DNA of 64,000 bases from Candidatus Spechtbacteria bacterium RIFCSPHIGHO2_02_FULL_43_15b (GTDB lineage: Bacteria; Patescibacteriota; Minisyncoccia; Spechtbacterales; HO2-43-30). The stretch spans positions 5,738 through 69,737 of the forward strand of contig MHOE01000025.1 of NCBI GenBank assembly GCA_001819985.1, given 5' to 3'. The translations under genes and the position numbers were made by a program. The notes beneath the pieces were generated by a model. It was not told the DNA's origin, made no database searches, and saw nothing but the letters and a program-made list of their open reading frames with translations. Below are positions 9,557-18,343 of this stretch, in pieces; the first letter of the stretch is position 1, and every line of letters begins with the position of its first letter.

Positions 9557-10600
9557 TTATGCGAGATAGTACTTATTTCCTTCAGATTTCTTGAAGTAGT
9601 TTTTGTTTTGCAAATTCAATAAAACCGTATTTGGCTTAACAAATCTTCTATCCGAAACCAAATTCAAAAGCTCCCCTTTAGCTAAGGGCCTGCCTTCTTC
9701 TTTCATAATCTGAACTAAAACATCCTTTACTGTTCCTGGTTCATATCCCCACTCCGATAACGCGTAAAGACCGCGTCCTATCAAAATAAATCTGGGGTCT
9801 TTTATAAGTTCGTTGTGAACGGTCTGCGGATGAGTCCTTTTCTTGGCAAGATTTGCCACAAAGTATTTATCGATAAGAGAACTTATTTCCGTAAAGTGAA
9901 GAGGCCTTTGCTCTTTCTCAAAAACAAGATGCGCTTTATCGCGTACGCCCTTTGGGGTTACGGCTGGCCAATAAGCTAAGCCGTAATCGCCGAACGGGCC
10001 AAGCTTAATTATTTTACTCAATAAAATAATATTCCCAGATCTCAAGTTCAAGTCCTTTGATATAAGCTTTGATTCTCTCGCTATAATATTGTCTAATTCT
10101 TCAGTTGACACAACAGCACTCTTACTTTCCAGTATTGAATGAACCTTTAGAACTAAGGCGTCTGATTTTTCAAGAATCTTATGGTCAAGCGCGTATCTTG
10201 CGGTAATGTCATCCGTCTCCTTACCTTCAGCGAGACCTGACATTAATCGAATAGCCAACGCAAAGTAAGCATTTTGATTCGGATTAGAAAGTACCGAGAA
10301 TAAATGCTTCTCGCCAACTATGCCTCCGTTTGAGGTTATGACATCTTTTACGCTGTTAAAAACAGGCGTTAAAATTTCCTTTGCTTCGCCTTGCGAGAGT
10401 TTTTTCAAACCGTATTCCTGTATTTGCCTGACGCGTTCGCGTGTTATGCCGTGACTTCGCCCTATCGCCTCTAATGTTTCCGCGTTCTCTATTCCTATGC
10501 CAAAACGCCGCTCTAAAACTTCACGGTTTTTGTCATTCAGAAATCCCAGTACTTTTGATACGGACTTTTGAATATTTGATTGCTTCGCTGTGTTGACCAT
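9557..10600 (-). CDS. Sigma-70 region 4 HTH protein with C-terminal winged-helix (RNAP delta/HARE-HTH-like) repeats
   Basis: RRFG...TLEAIG...ITRERVRQI region-4 motif; PLHFTEI, QTVHNELIKDPRFILIGRGLYALSEWG; no sigma region 2 recognised. Confidence 0.8.
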   Translation of the reverse strand: MVNTAKQSNIQKSVSKVLGFLNDKNREVLERRFGIGIENAETLEAIGRSHGITRERVRQIQEYGLKKLSQGEAKEILTPVFNSVKDVITSNGGIVGEKHLFSVLSNPNQNAYFALAIRLMSGLAEGKETDDITARYALDHKILEKSDALVLKVHSILESKSAVVSTEELDNIIARESKLISKDLNLRSGNIILLSKIIKLGPFGDYGLAYWPAVTPKGVRDKAHLVFEKEQRPLHFTEISSLIDKYFVANLAKKRTHPQTVHNELIKDPRFILIGRGLYALSEWGYEPGTVKDVLVQIMKEEGRPLAKGELLNLVSDRRFVKPNTVLLNLQNKNYFKKSEGNKYYLA

Positions 10601-10730
10601 AATTACACGCTATTTGGACACTTCTTAAAAATAATTATTCATCATTTTGAAATAAAAGAATCCAAATGGCGCGTCATATATTATTGATTTGCTTTAATAA
10701 TAACATATTGCGAAAAAGTGTCAAGATCTT

Positions 10731-11654
10731 TCACTTTTTTAATTTTAATACAGACCATGAAAAAAGTAAAGGGCTAGCAAGAAAAATTGACGAATATGTC
10801 CCTACGACTATACCTATAGCCAATGTCAGCCCAAAATACTTGAGAGTTTCACCTCCAAAAAGAAGTATGCAAATCAGAACGAATAGAGTGGTCAACGAAG
10901 TATTTATTGACCGCACAAATGTTTGAGATACGCTCTTGTTGATAACCTTTCCAAAATCAAAAATACTGCCCTCTCTTAAAACATTCTCCCTGATTCTGTC
11001 AAAAATTATTATGGTGTCGTTTACGGAGTACCCAAGTATCGTGAGAAGCGCGGCAACGAACGGCATCCCTACCTCCACATTGAAGAAATATCCTACTGCC
11101 GAAAACACTCCGGCGGTTATTATTATATCGTGAAACAGCGCTATGACCGCTACGATTCCGTACTTCCAAGATCTCAACGGGAACGATACGCCTTTGAATG
11201 CCCACGCGATGTAAACCATTATCATCACGACAACAAGCGAAATGGCCCAGATGGATTTTTCTTTGGTCTCCTCGCCTATTACGGGGCCTATAGAATCGAA
11301 CCTGTTTTCCTCCAGTGGTCCGAGATCTCGCAATTTGGCAAGAATCTCCTGATGCCTTGCTTCGCCGACATTGAATTCACCGGACGCGTCGCCTTCTGTA
11401 ACTTCAACAGCTTTAAACCTCAAGATTAAACCGGTCTCATCGACATCTTGTATAACAGTACTACCAAGCCCCAATTCCGACAATTTATTCCTTGCCTCTT
11501 CATGAGAAGGCCTTCTATTTTCAAAATTCACCTCAAGTAAAGTTCCACCTTCGAAATCTATCCCTAGATTCAACCGGAAAATAGCAAGTGATATTACGCT
11601 TGCAATAACCAACAGTCCAGATATTAAATAAAAAACTTTTCTATATTTAAGCAT
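10731..11654 (-). CDS. secF: Protein translocase subunit SecF
   Basis: LGIDFEGG, IGPVIG, HDIIIT, GYSVNDTIIIFDRIRE, RSINTS, GTYSSIF. Confidence 0.97.
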   Translation of the reverse strand: MLKYRKVFYLISGLLVIASVISLAIFRLNLGIDFEGGTLLEVNFENRRPSHEEARNKLSELGLGSTVIQDVDETGLILRFKAVEVTEGDASGEFNVGEARHQEILAKLRDLGPLEENRFDSIGPVIGEETKEKSIWAISLVVVMIMVYIAWAFKGVSFPLRSWKYGIVAVIALFHDIIITAGVFSAVGYFFNVEVGMPFVAALLTILGYSVNDTIIIFDRIRENVLREGSIFDFGKVINKSVSQTFVRSINTSLTTLFVLICILLFGGETLKYFGLTLAIGIVVGTYSSIFLASPLLFSWSVLKLKK

Positions 11655-11767
11655 TGTGTATTGAAAAAAATCACCGCATTAAATTTGAATTATTCTTCGC
11701 TCGGTTTTACCTATATTTTATATTCTAATTTATTTCTTCATTTACAATTTCATACCTTGAATCAGTC

Positions 11768-13426
11768 CTATCTTATCCACATATTTCTACGCGAACCCAA
11801 TTTCCCCTCGCCCAATAATCTCATCAAATACTTGCTTACAATCATAGACGAGAACATGCTTATAACCAAACCTATTCCTAGTGTCAGAGCAAAACCTTTT
11901 ATAAAACTTGTCGAAAACCAGAAAAGTATGGCGCAGGTAAGAATTGTAGAAATATTGCCGTCTCGTATGGAAGGCCAAGCTCTGGAATAGGCGCGGCTAA
12001 GCGTGAACCCGAAATCTTGTACGCCATCTCTGCTTTCGCCTCCCGATTTCGCCGATGCTTTATTTGCGCCGCCTTTCATTTCTTCTCTTAATCTTTCAAA
12101 AACCAGCACATTGGCATCAACTGCCATTCCGATACTCAAAATAAACCCCGCCATGCCCGGAAGCGTAAGCGTAACCGGCACCAGCTTTATAACAGCCAAG
12201 AACAGAACTGTGTACGCCAATAATGATACAACCGCAACCAACCCGGATAATCTATAAAGCGCGATCATAAAAATAGCAATAGAAAGCAGACCAACAATCC
12301 CCGCTTTCACGCTCTTATTTATTGAATCTTCGCCGAGCGATGCTCCTATGTTTTGCTGGGATATCAGATCGATTTTGACAGGCAAAGCTCCCGCATTAAG
12401 ATCGCGCGTAACGGATTTAGCTTGCTCCACATTAAACCCAGATATTTGCGCACGTCCGGTTTCTATTTTTTCCCTGACTATTGGACTGCTCCTCGGAACT
12501 CCGTCTAAATATATCGCGAGTGGTTTCTCAACATTTTCCTCCGTTATTTTGCTGAAAAGTTTGGCTCCTTCATCATTTAATTCGAGATTAACTACCGGCT
12601 GATTCGTAGAGGCGTCGAAGTTCAAAGACGAACTTTTTAGATACTGGCCGGTTAAACCAGTAGATTCAAAACACGGATCCTCTCCGTATGATGTCACAAA
12701 TATACCTATAAGCTCCGCGGAGGGATTCTTACAAACTTCCAAAAGTTCTCCGTCTAAAGATGCTTCCGAGAACATTTTTCTAAGGGACATAATCTGTTCT
12801 GATGCCGATTTTTGCGTCTTGAATTCCAAGAAAGGCGCGCTCCCTATTATATTTATCGCCTGACCGAAATCCCGCACTCCCGCGAGCTCCGCTATCAATC
12901 TGTACTCGCCGTTCGATTCCTGAACAAAAATTTGCGGCTCCCTCAAGCCAAAAACATTTACCCGCCTTTCAATTATATCTCGCAGGCCAGTCATTGCTTC
13001 GCTATGTTCGCTTTCGGGTCTGCCGGATAAATCGGCCTTGTAAATTAAGTGTATCCCGCCCTCCAAATCCAGCCCCTTTGAAAAAGGCAAATCCCAAAAA
13101 TAAGGAATGTTTAGAAAATCATCCGCCCTTTTGAGCGCGTACCACTTATCTAAACGCCTTATTTGCTCGGGCATATCAACGGCCTCTAGCTTTGGATTCA
13201 AAAAATCGGCAAACGAATTCCAGTATTTTGGATGATCGATATTTAACGCCAGAAAAGAAACTAAAAAAACCGCGCCAAGGACGGTTCTGTATCTTCGCCT
13301 TGTTTGTTTCGGCCAAATGAAAAAAAATACGGCCTTGGACAAACTTGACGGTAAACGAAATGCCCAGCCCAGCACACGGGAGGCAATATATGGAATATTG
13401 GAAACGGTTTTAGAAAACCTATCCAT
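11768..13426 (-). CDS. secD: Protein translocase subunit SecD
   Basis: GLDLEGG, IIERRVN, LAIYLDG, AGALP, IGASLG, IGMAVDANVLVFER, GFALTL. Confidence 0.97.
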   Translation of the reverse strand: MDRFSKTVSNIPYIASRVLGWAFRLPSSLSKAVFFFIWPKQTRRRYRTVLGAVFLVSFLALNIDHPKYWNSFADFLNPKLEAVDMPEQIRRLDKWYALKRADDFLNIPYFWDLPFSKGLDLEGGIHLIYKADLSGRPESEHSEAMTGLRDIIERRVNVFGLREPQIFVQESNGEYRLIAELAGVRDFGQAINIIGSAPFLEFKTQKSASEQIMSLRKMFSEASLDGELLEVCKNPSAELIGIFVTSYGEDPCFESTGLTGQYLKSSSLNFDASTNQPVVNLELNDEGAKLFSKITEENVEKPLAIYLDGVPRSSPIVREKIETGRAQISGFNVEQAKSVTRDLNAGALPVKIDLISQQNIGASLGEDSINKSVKAGIVGLLSIAIFMIALYRLSGLVAVVSLLAYTVLFLAVIKLVPVTLTLPGMAGFILSIGMAVDANVLVFERLREEMKGGANKASAKSGGESRDGVQDFGFTLSRAYSRAWPSIRDGNISTILTCAILFWFSTSFIKGFALTLGIGLVISMFSSMIVSKYLMRLLGEGKLGSRRNMWIR

Positions 13427-13434
13427 AATCCTAC

Positions 13435-13463
13435 ACGGTATACTAAAATCTTTTTCAGGTCAA
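13435..13463 (-). promoter_or_regulatory. Putative sigma-70 promoter of secDF
   Basis: Minus strand TTGACC-17 nt-TACCGT, ending 8 nt before the ATG. Confidence 0.5.
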
Positions 13464-13486
13464 TAAAAAACCCGTTTGAAACGGAT

Positions 13487-13999
13487 TTATATTTTAAAAC
13501 TTGGAACCACTACATCTGTGTCTCCCTTAATAATTACAGATACTTCACCATCTTCGGGATATTCTCTCATCCCGTAATCCTTGCCCTTGGCATACTTAAA
13601 GCTGTGAAAGCTCATGGCCCATTCCAAATCGGAATCATTTCCCACTTTATGGATAGCCGAGTCATTCTCTATAATCTCGCTTCCTGTCTCAAAAACTATC
13701 TTCCTTCTTCCCCGAGTTTCCCGATAAAGAGAACCCGCCAATACCAGTACCTTCGCGAAAGCTCCGGCATGGTCATGCGGAGAAGTCGAAGATCCGGGAG
13801 GCCAGACCAGAAGGAAAAAATCCATGCCGTCCTTACTTGCCAATATATGCCTGTACGGCCGGGCTCTGCCCGCATCGCCGAACTTGATATAGTAATCAAG
13901 AAATATTTTTATGTCGCGACTCTCATTACCTTTATGCCGTGATTTTAAGCGAAGAATCAATCGGCGCATACTTGTAAAAAATAAGATTACTGTCGCCAA
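13487..13999 (-). CDS. Cysteine dioxygenase type I-like cupin
   Basis: LLVWPPGSSTSPHDH...IHKVGN...SFH (3-His cupin); TTG start with AAGGAGG Shine-Dalgarno. Confidence 0.78.
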   Translation of the reverse strand: MATVILFFTSMRRLILRLKSRHKGNESRDIKIFLDYYIKFGDAGRARPYRHILASKDGMDFFLLVWPPGSSTSPHDHAGAFAKVLVLAGSLYRETRGRRKIVFETGSEIIENDSAIHKVGNDSDLEWAMSFHSFKYAKGKDYGMREYPEDGEVSVIIKGDTDVVVPSFKI

Positions 14000-14023
14000 A
14001 ATCTATCCTCCTTTTAAGTCCTT

Positions 14024-14665
14024 TCAATCTTTTGGACACAATCCTTTAAGCGGACCATTGCCGCATGGCACAGACCTTTTTGCCGTATGCGCATTTCTTC
14101 CGTATTCTATAAAAAGATAAGTCAATCTAAACCATTTTCTTTTATCAAAGAGCCGCATTAAATCTTCCTCGATTTTAACAGGATTTTCCTCATCCGTCAA
14201 ACCCAAATGACGAGAAACTCGTTTGACATGAGTGTCAACCGCTATCCCTTCGAAAATGCCGTACGCATTCCCCAGCACCACATTTGCGGTTTTTCTCGCG
14301 ACGCCCGGTAGGGACAACATTTCCTCCATAGACCCTGGAAGTTTCTCGCCGAATTTGTCCCGTATTATTTTTGTTGACGCGATAATATTTTTTGCTTTAT
14401 TGTGATAAAAACCGGCCGAACGGATTTCATTCTCGAAAATTTTCAGCTCGGCTTTGGCAAAGTCATCCGCGGTTTTATACTTCTTGAAAAGTTTTTCAGT
14501 TATCTCGTTTACCTTTTTATCCGTGCACTGCGCGGATAAAATAACCGCGACCAAAAGCTGAATGTCGTTTTCGTAATTCAGAACAATCTTAGCATTTGGA
14601 TATGCTTTGTTTAAACGGTTATAAATTTTTTGAGCGCGATTCTTCTTTTCGCTAAAAGATTCCAT
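14024..14665 (-). CDS. nth: Endonuclease III (HhH-GPD DNA glycosylase) with degenerate Fe-S loop
   Basis: LLVAVILSAQCTDKKVN, LPGVARKTANVV (HhH Lys), AVDTHV (catalytic Asp). Confidence 0.93.
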   Translation of the reverse strand: MESFSEKKNRAQKIYNRLNKAYPNAKIVLNYENDIQLLVAVILSAQCTDKKVNEITEKLFKKYKTADDFAKAELKIFENEIRSAGFYHNKAKNIIASTKIIRDKFGEKLPGSMEEMLSLPGVARKTANVVLGNAYGIFEGIAVDTHVKRVSRHLGLTDEENPVKIEEDLMRLFDKRKWFRLTYLFIEYGRNAHTAKRSVPCGNGPLKGLCPKD

Positions 14666-14667
14666 TG

Positions 14668-14853
14668 CTATTCTTCGGATTCGGAACTGTCGGGGAAACT
14701 CTCCCCAACTCCGGCCATTCCCCCGTGTTCACCATCCGCGCAATTGCATTCCTCGAGTGGCTGACCCTGCTTTGGGCATCCGGAAGCTTGGCATTCTCCC
14801 GCGACATCGGAAACTCCCATGCATCCGCCGGTACAAATGTAATGATTTTCCAT
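14668..14853 (-). CDS. Small Cys-rich putative metal-binding protein (61 aa)
   Basis: 6 Cys and 2 His (YICTGGC...GECQASGC...CNC...H), acidic tail; stop lies 2 nt before the nth ATG. Confidence 0.7.
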   Translation of the reverse strand: MENHYICTGGCMGVSDVAGECQASGCPKQGQPLEECNCADGEHGGMAGVGESFPDSSESEE

Positions 14854-14860
14854 ATATTTA

Positions 14861-14932
14861 TAGTCGTAAGCTGTAATCTATAAGCCGTGAGCTGATCAGA
14901 ACTTCGCGGATTATAGCTTGCCACCGCTTACA
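14861..14932. repeat. Degenerate heptamer repeat (TAAGCTG-type) with partial inverted arm
   Basis: TAAGCTG TAATCTA TAAGCCG TGAGCTG ... TTATAGC...CGCTTAC. Confidence 0.5.
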
Positions 14933-14974
14933 AATGGTAAATTCTAGAAAATAAATCTTATGGATTACGACTTA

Positions 14975-16126
14975 CTATAGTTTACCATTTTTTATCTTAT
15001 CTCTTATATTTTCCACGAAAGTGTTGAAAAAGAAAAGGTTGTGGAATGTTAACAATTTAAGACCCGTTATTTCTTTCGCGCGAATAAGGTGGCAAATATA
15101 AGATCTCGTATAAATCCGGCAAACTATGCATTCGCACTTTTTATCCAGCGGCTTTTTATCGCGCAAAAAAATAGAACGGCTAAGATTTATTTTACCTTCA
15201 GAAATAAACGCTGACCCCCGCCTTGCGTAATGAGTGGGTACCGTGCAATCAAAAAGATCAATTCCGGATTTTATTATGTCCTCCATATCATCAAGATAGC
15301 CGACTCCCAAAAGATGCCTGGGCTTTTCCTCGCTAAGATGCGGAATGGTCCATTTCAGAATATTCATCATATCTTTCTTGCTTTTACCCAAATCTCCGCC
15401 TATTCCGTACCCGTCAAACCCCAACGAATCTATAAACTTCGCGCTTTCCTCTCTTAGATCTTTGAAATGGGAACCTTGGACGATTCCGAATATCGCCTGG
15501 CGATTTCCATTTTTGGCCTTGAGACACCGCTTTGCCCAATCGTGCGTCCTTGAAAGTGACGCCCGAATATATTCGCGGTCAGAAAGAGGAGATGTGCATT
15601 CGTCGAAAGCAAATAAAATATCAGCACCCAAACTTTCCTGTATTTTTATTGATTTTTTCGCGTCCAAAAAAAGTCGGTTTCCGTTGAGCGGCGATCTAAA
15701 AAATACCCCTTTATCCGTGATTTCCAAATCTTTTGGCTTGGAATTTTTCCTTACCGACTCTTTTCCGTCTTCTCCGGGAAAGTATTTCAGCATCTTACCG
15801 ACTCCCGTATCCATGCCAAATCCCAAACTAAACACTTGAAATCCGCCCGAATCCGTCATTATGGGCATATCCAATCTTGAAAACTGATGGATTCCGCCCG
15901 CGGACTTCACGATATTTTCCCCAGGCCTTAAATGGAGATGGAATGTATTTGAAATTACTATCTGCGTTTTAGTTTTTAACACTTCGTCCGCGGACAGTGT
16001 TTTTATCACGGCTTGCGTTGCGACCGGAACAAATGAGGGAGTTCGCACAGTTCCATGCGCGGTCTTTAGAAGTCCAAGCCGCGCGTTCGATTTCCTAGAT
16101 TTTTTTATAATTTTGAATTCAATCAT
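14975..16126 (-). CDS. tgt: tRNA-guanine transglycosylase
   Basis: TPSFVPVAT, NTFHL, TDSGGFQVFSL, FDEC, IVQG, DLFDC, Zn site CECIVC...HNL. Confidence 0.96.
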   Translation of the reverse strand: MIEFKIIKKSRKSNARLGLLKTAHGTVRTPSFVPVATQAVIKTLSADEVLKTKTQIVISNTFHLHLRPGENIVKSAGGIHQFSRLDMPIMTDSGGFQVFSLGFGMDTGVGKMLKYFPGEDGKESVRKNSKPKDLEITDKGVFFRSPLNGNRLFLDAKKSIKIQESLGADILFAFDECTSPLSDREYIRASLSRTHDWAKRCLKAKNGNRQAIFGIVQGSHFKDLREESAKFIDSLGFDGYGIGGDLGKSKKDMMNILKWTIPHLSEEKPRHLLGVGYLDDMEDIIKSGIDLFDCTVPTHYARRGSAFISEGKINLSRSIFLRDKKPLDKKCECIVCRIYTRSYICHLIRAKEITGLKLLTFHNLFFFNTFVENIRDKIKNGKL

Positions 16127-16191
16127 ATAATCCGATGGGGATATAAAATCCCAAAACGATTACCCAAAGAATACTATATGTTTTTGCGCAA

Positions 16192-16248
16192 AAATAAAAG
16201 GGCTATCCGCACCCGCTTTTGGCAAAAGCGGGAATAGCCCAATTTTTT
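16192..16248. terminator. Intrinsic terminator-like hairpin, possibly bidirectional
   Basis: Inner stem CCCGCTTTT-ggc-AAAAGCGGG, outer stem GGGCTAT/ATAGCCC, flanked by A- and T-tracts. Confidence 0.7.
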
Positions 16249-16306
16249 ACCGCATCCGATCTTTCTTAAAGTAACTCTCACGCTCCTCTACTTTGCGTAC
16301 CGCTCT

Positions 16307-18325
16307 TTATCTTAACTCAAGCTCGTTTATTTTTTGCCAGTCCGCTTCGTTCAAAACTACGATCCTATCCTCGCCTACTATATATAGATAATCATTTATG
16401 AATATCGCGCGCTTTGCCTGAATATTGCTTACGACCCTAACTAAATTTAGTTCGCCTCCTTTGTAGGAGAAAATATATCCTCCCGCGCCGCTAGGCATAA
16501 AGAATATTTCGTGCTTTTGGTCCATTAAGAACGCGCGATGAGTATTTGAAACATCCGTCCAATATTCAGAAAGCAGGTATTTATCCGCTTCTTTAGGATT
16601 TTTCGATGACGAGACATCAAACAGGGAAACTTTTACATTTGAACCGTCCTGCCCTATTCCCACAATTAAATTTTCGCTTATCGGATGCAGATACGAAGAA
16701 AACCCAGGGATTTTCAATTCTCCAGCCATTATTGGATTTTGAGGATCTGATAGATCGAGCACATAAAACGGATCTGTCTGCCTGAAAGTCACAAGATAGC
16801 CCTTATCTTGAATGAATCGCGCCGAATAAATTCTTTCCGTCACGCCAAGACCTCTTATTGAACCTTTTTCTTTCAAATTTTTATCAAGTATGTAAATGTC
16901 GTTTTCACTGCCTCCCAACGCGTCCCACACTCCAAAAATGCCGAAACTAAACTGTTCGCCCACCGTTGTCGCGACTCGTAAATTCTCCAAGTATTCATCG
17001 AGGGCAAATTGATTCAATAGATGTCCGGGAACACTACCTAGCCCATCCATTGACAGATCGTCTACATTTATTTTTGCGATTGCCGTCCGTTCCAAATCCC
17101 TTGAATTTTCTTTGAAATAATCTTTCAGCCGGTTTGTCAACTCGTTTCGCACACGCAATGCCTCATCATCATCCAGCGAATTTATGTATTGATTCCATAA
17201 GAATTGAAGTTCGGCTATCTTTGAACTTTCACTTATATCGTAAGAGTCCAGTTTTGACACCTTATCCAGAAGCCAAACTGGAGCTACATCTTGAAATTTT
17301 TCTTTCAGAAATTTGGATGAAAATTTTACGATACTTTCATCATATTGATAGGTCGCGTATATCGCGCTATCAGACATATAAATCACGGACGCTCCGGAAG
17401 AACCCACAAACGAAACTTTTTTCACAACCTCGCCGCTCTTTGGATCTAAAATCATAGTGCTAAATGTAACATCAGCCGAAATCGGAAGAGCGGGGTAGTA
17501 TATATCGCCGCACGGAATCAAAGAGGACTCGTTTCCCTCAAACAATCGAACTGGGCATGGATTGGTGTGATTTATGTATTGCTGGGTTATCGCGTAAATC
17601 TTACCTTCGGAAAGACGCGCTTGAACTATGTAATTGTTTTTACTCAGTTTAAGGTTCCAGATTTCCTTTGGCGATGCCGGATCCGAAACATTGTAACCCG
17701 TTATCTCATTGCTGTTTGAGAACACGACAAGCGTTCCGTCTGTTAAAAGCAAACTTCCAAGTTTATCAATTTTTGCCTGGATATCCAAATCGGCTGGCGG
17801 AAAGACCTTAATTGAAAGCAGTTTTCTTATATCGCTTGTGGGCGGCAATATCCCTCTTATATCGTCAACTTGAAGCATATTGTCAAATCTGTAATAGTAA
17901 AAATTTTCCGGCGAAAAATAAATATCATTCCCGTCCGTTTTTACGATATCCGGCTCGTCTATTCCCTCTACTTGAACATTAGTCGTTGATACGCGATAAG
18001 GCCCTTCACTATCCGCACGCGACTCCATAGCACCCGCCGGCGCTGAAGAATCGAGCGTTTTAAGATCTCCGCCAAAACCATAAGAATAATAATCTCCGGA
18101 CATTACTTCCACATATTCCTTAAAATCCTCTTCCGACTTAAATTTTTCCATACTCACCTTATCTCTCTTATAAAAATCCGTTTTTATGCCTCCGAACCCG
18201 GAAATCTTTTCGGATTCCCTATTTACATAGATTGAAATAGCCACAAGAACCGCGAACGCAATTACCGCGACTAACGACATCGCTTTTTTTGTTGTGATTT
18301 CTTTGGTTAAAAATTTCATATTCAT
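16307..18325 (-). CDS. Membrane-anchored secreted beta-propeller domain protein (Beta_propel family)
   Basis: STTNVQVEGIDEPDIVKTDG, LLNQFALDEY...LRVATT, ERIYSARF, YLVTFRQTDPFYVLDL, GELKIPGFSSYLHP. Confidence 0.88.
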   Translation of the reverse strand: MNMKFLTKEITTKKAMSLVAVIAFAVLVAISIYVNRESEKISGFGGIKTDFYKRDKVSMEKFKSEEDFKEYVEVMSGDYYSYGFGGDLKTLDSSAPAGAMESRADSEGPYRVSTTNVQVEGIDEPDIVKTDGNDIYFSPENFYYYRFDNMLQVDDIRGILPPTSDIRKLLSIKVFPPADLDIQAKIDKLGSLLLTDGTLVVFSNSNEITGYNVSDPASPKEIWNLKLSKNNYIVQARLSEGKIYAITQQYINHTNPCPVRLFEGNESSLIPCGDIYYPALPISADVTFSTMILDPKSGEVVKKVSFVGSSGASVIYMSDSAIYATYQYDESIVKFSSKFLKEKFQDVAPVWLLDKVSKLDSYDISESSKIAELQFLWNQYINSLDDDEALRVRNELTNRLKDYFKENSRDLERTAIAKINVDDLSMDGLGSVPGHLLNQFALDEYLENLRVATTVGEQFSFGIFGVWDALGGSENDIYILDKNLKEKGSIRGLGVTERIYSARFIQDKGYLVTFRQTDPFYVLDLSDPQNPIMAGELKIPGFSSYLHPISENLIVGIGQDGSNVKVSLFDVSSSKNPKEADKYLLSEYWTDVSNTHRAFLMDQKHEIFFMPSGAGGYIFSYKGGELNLVRVVSNIQAKRAIFINDYLYIVGEDRIVVLNEADWQKINELELR

Positions 18326-18343
18326 TTTCTAATTCCTAATATA

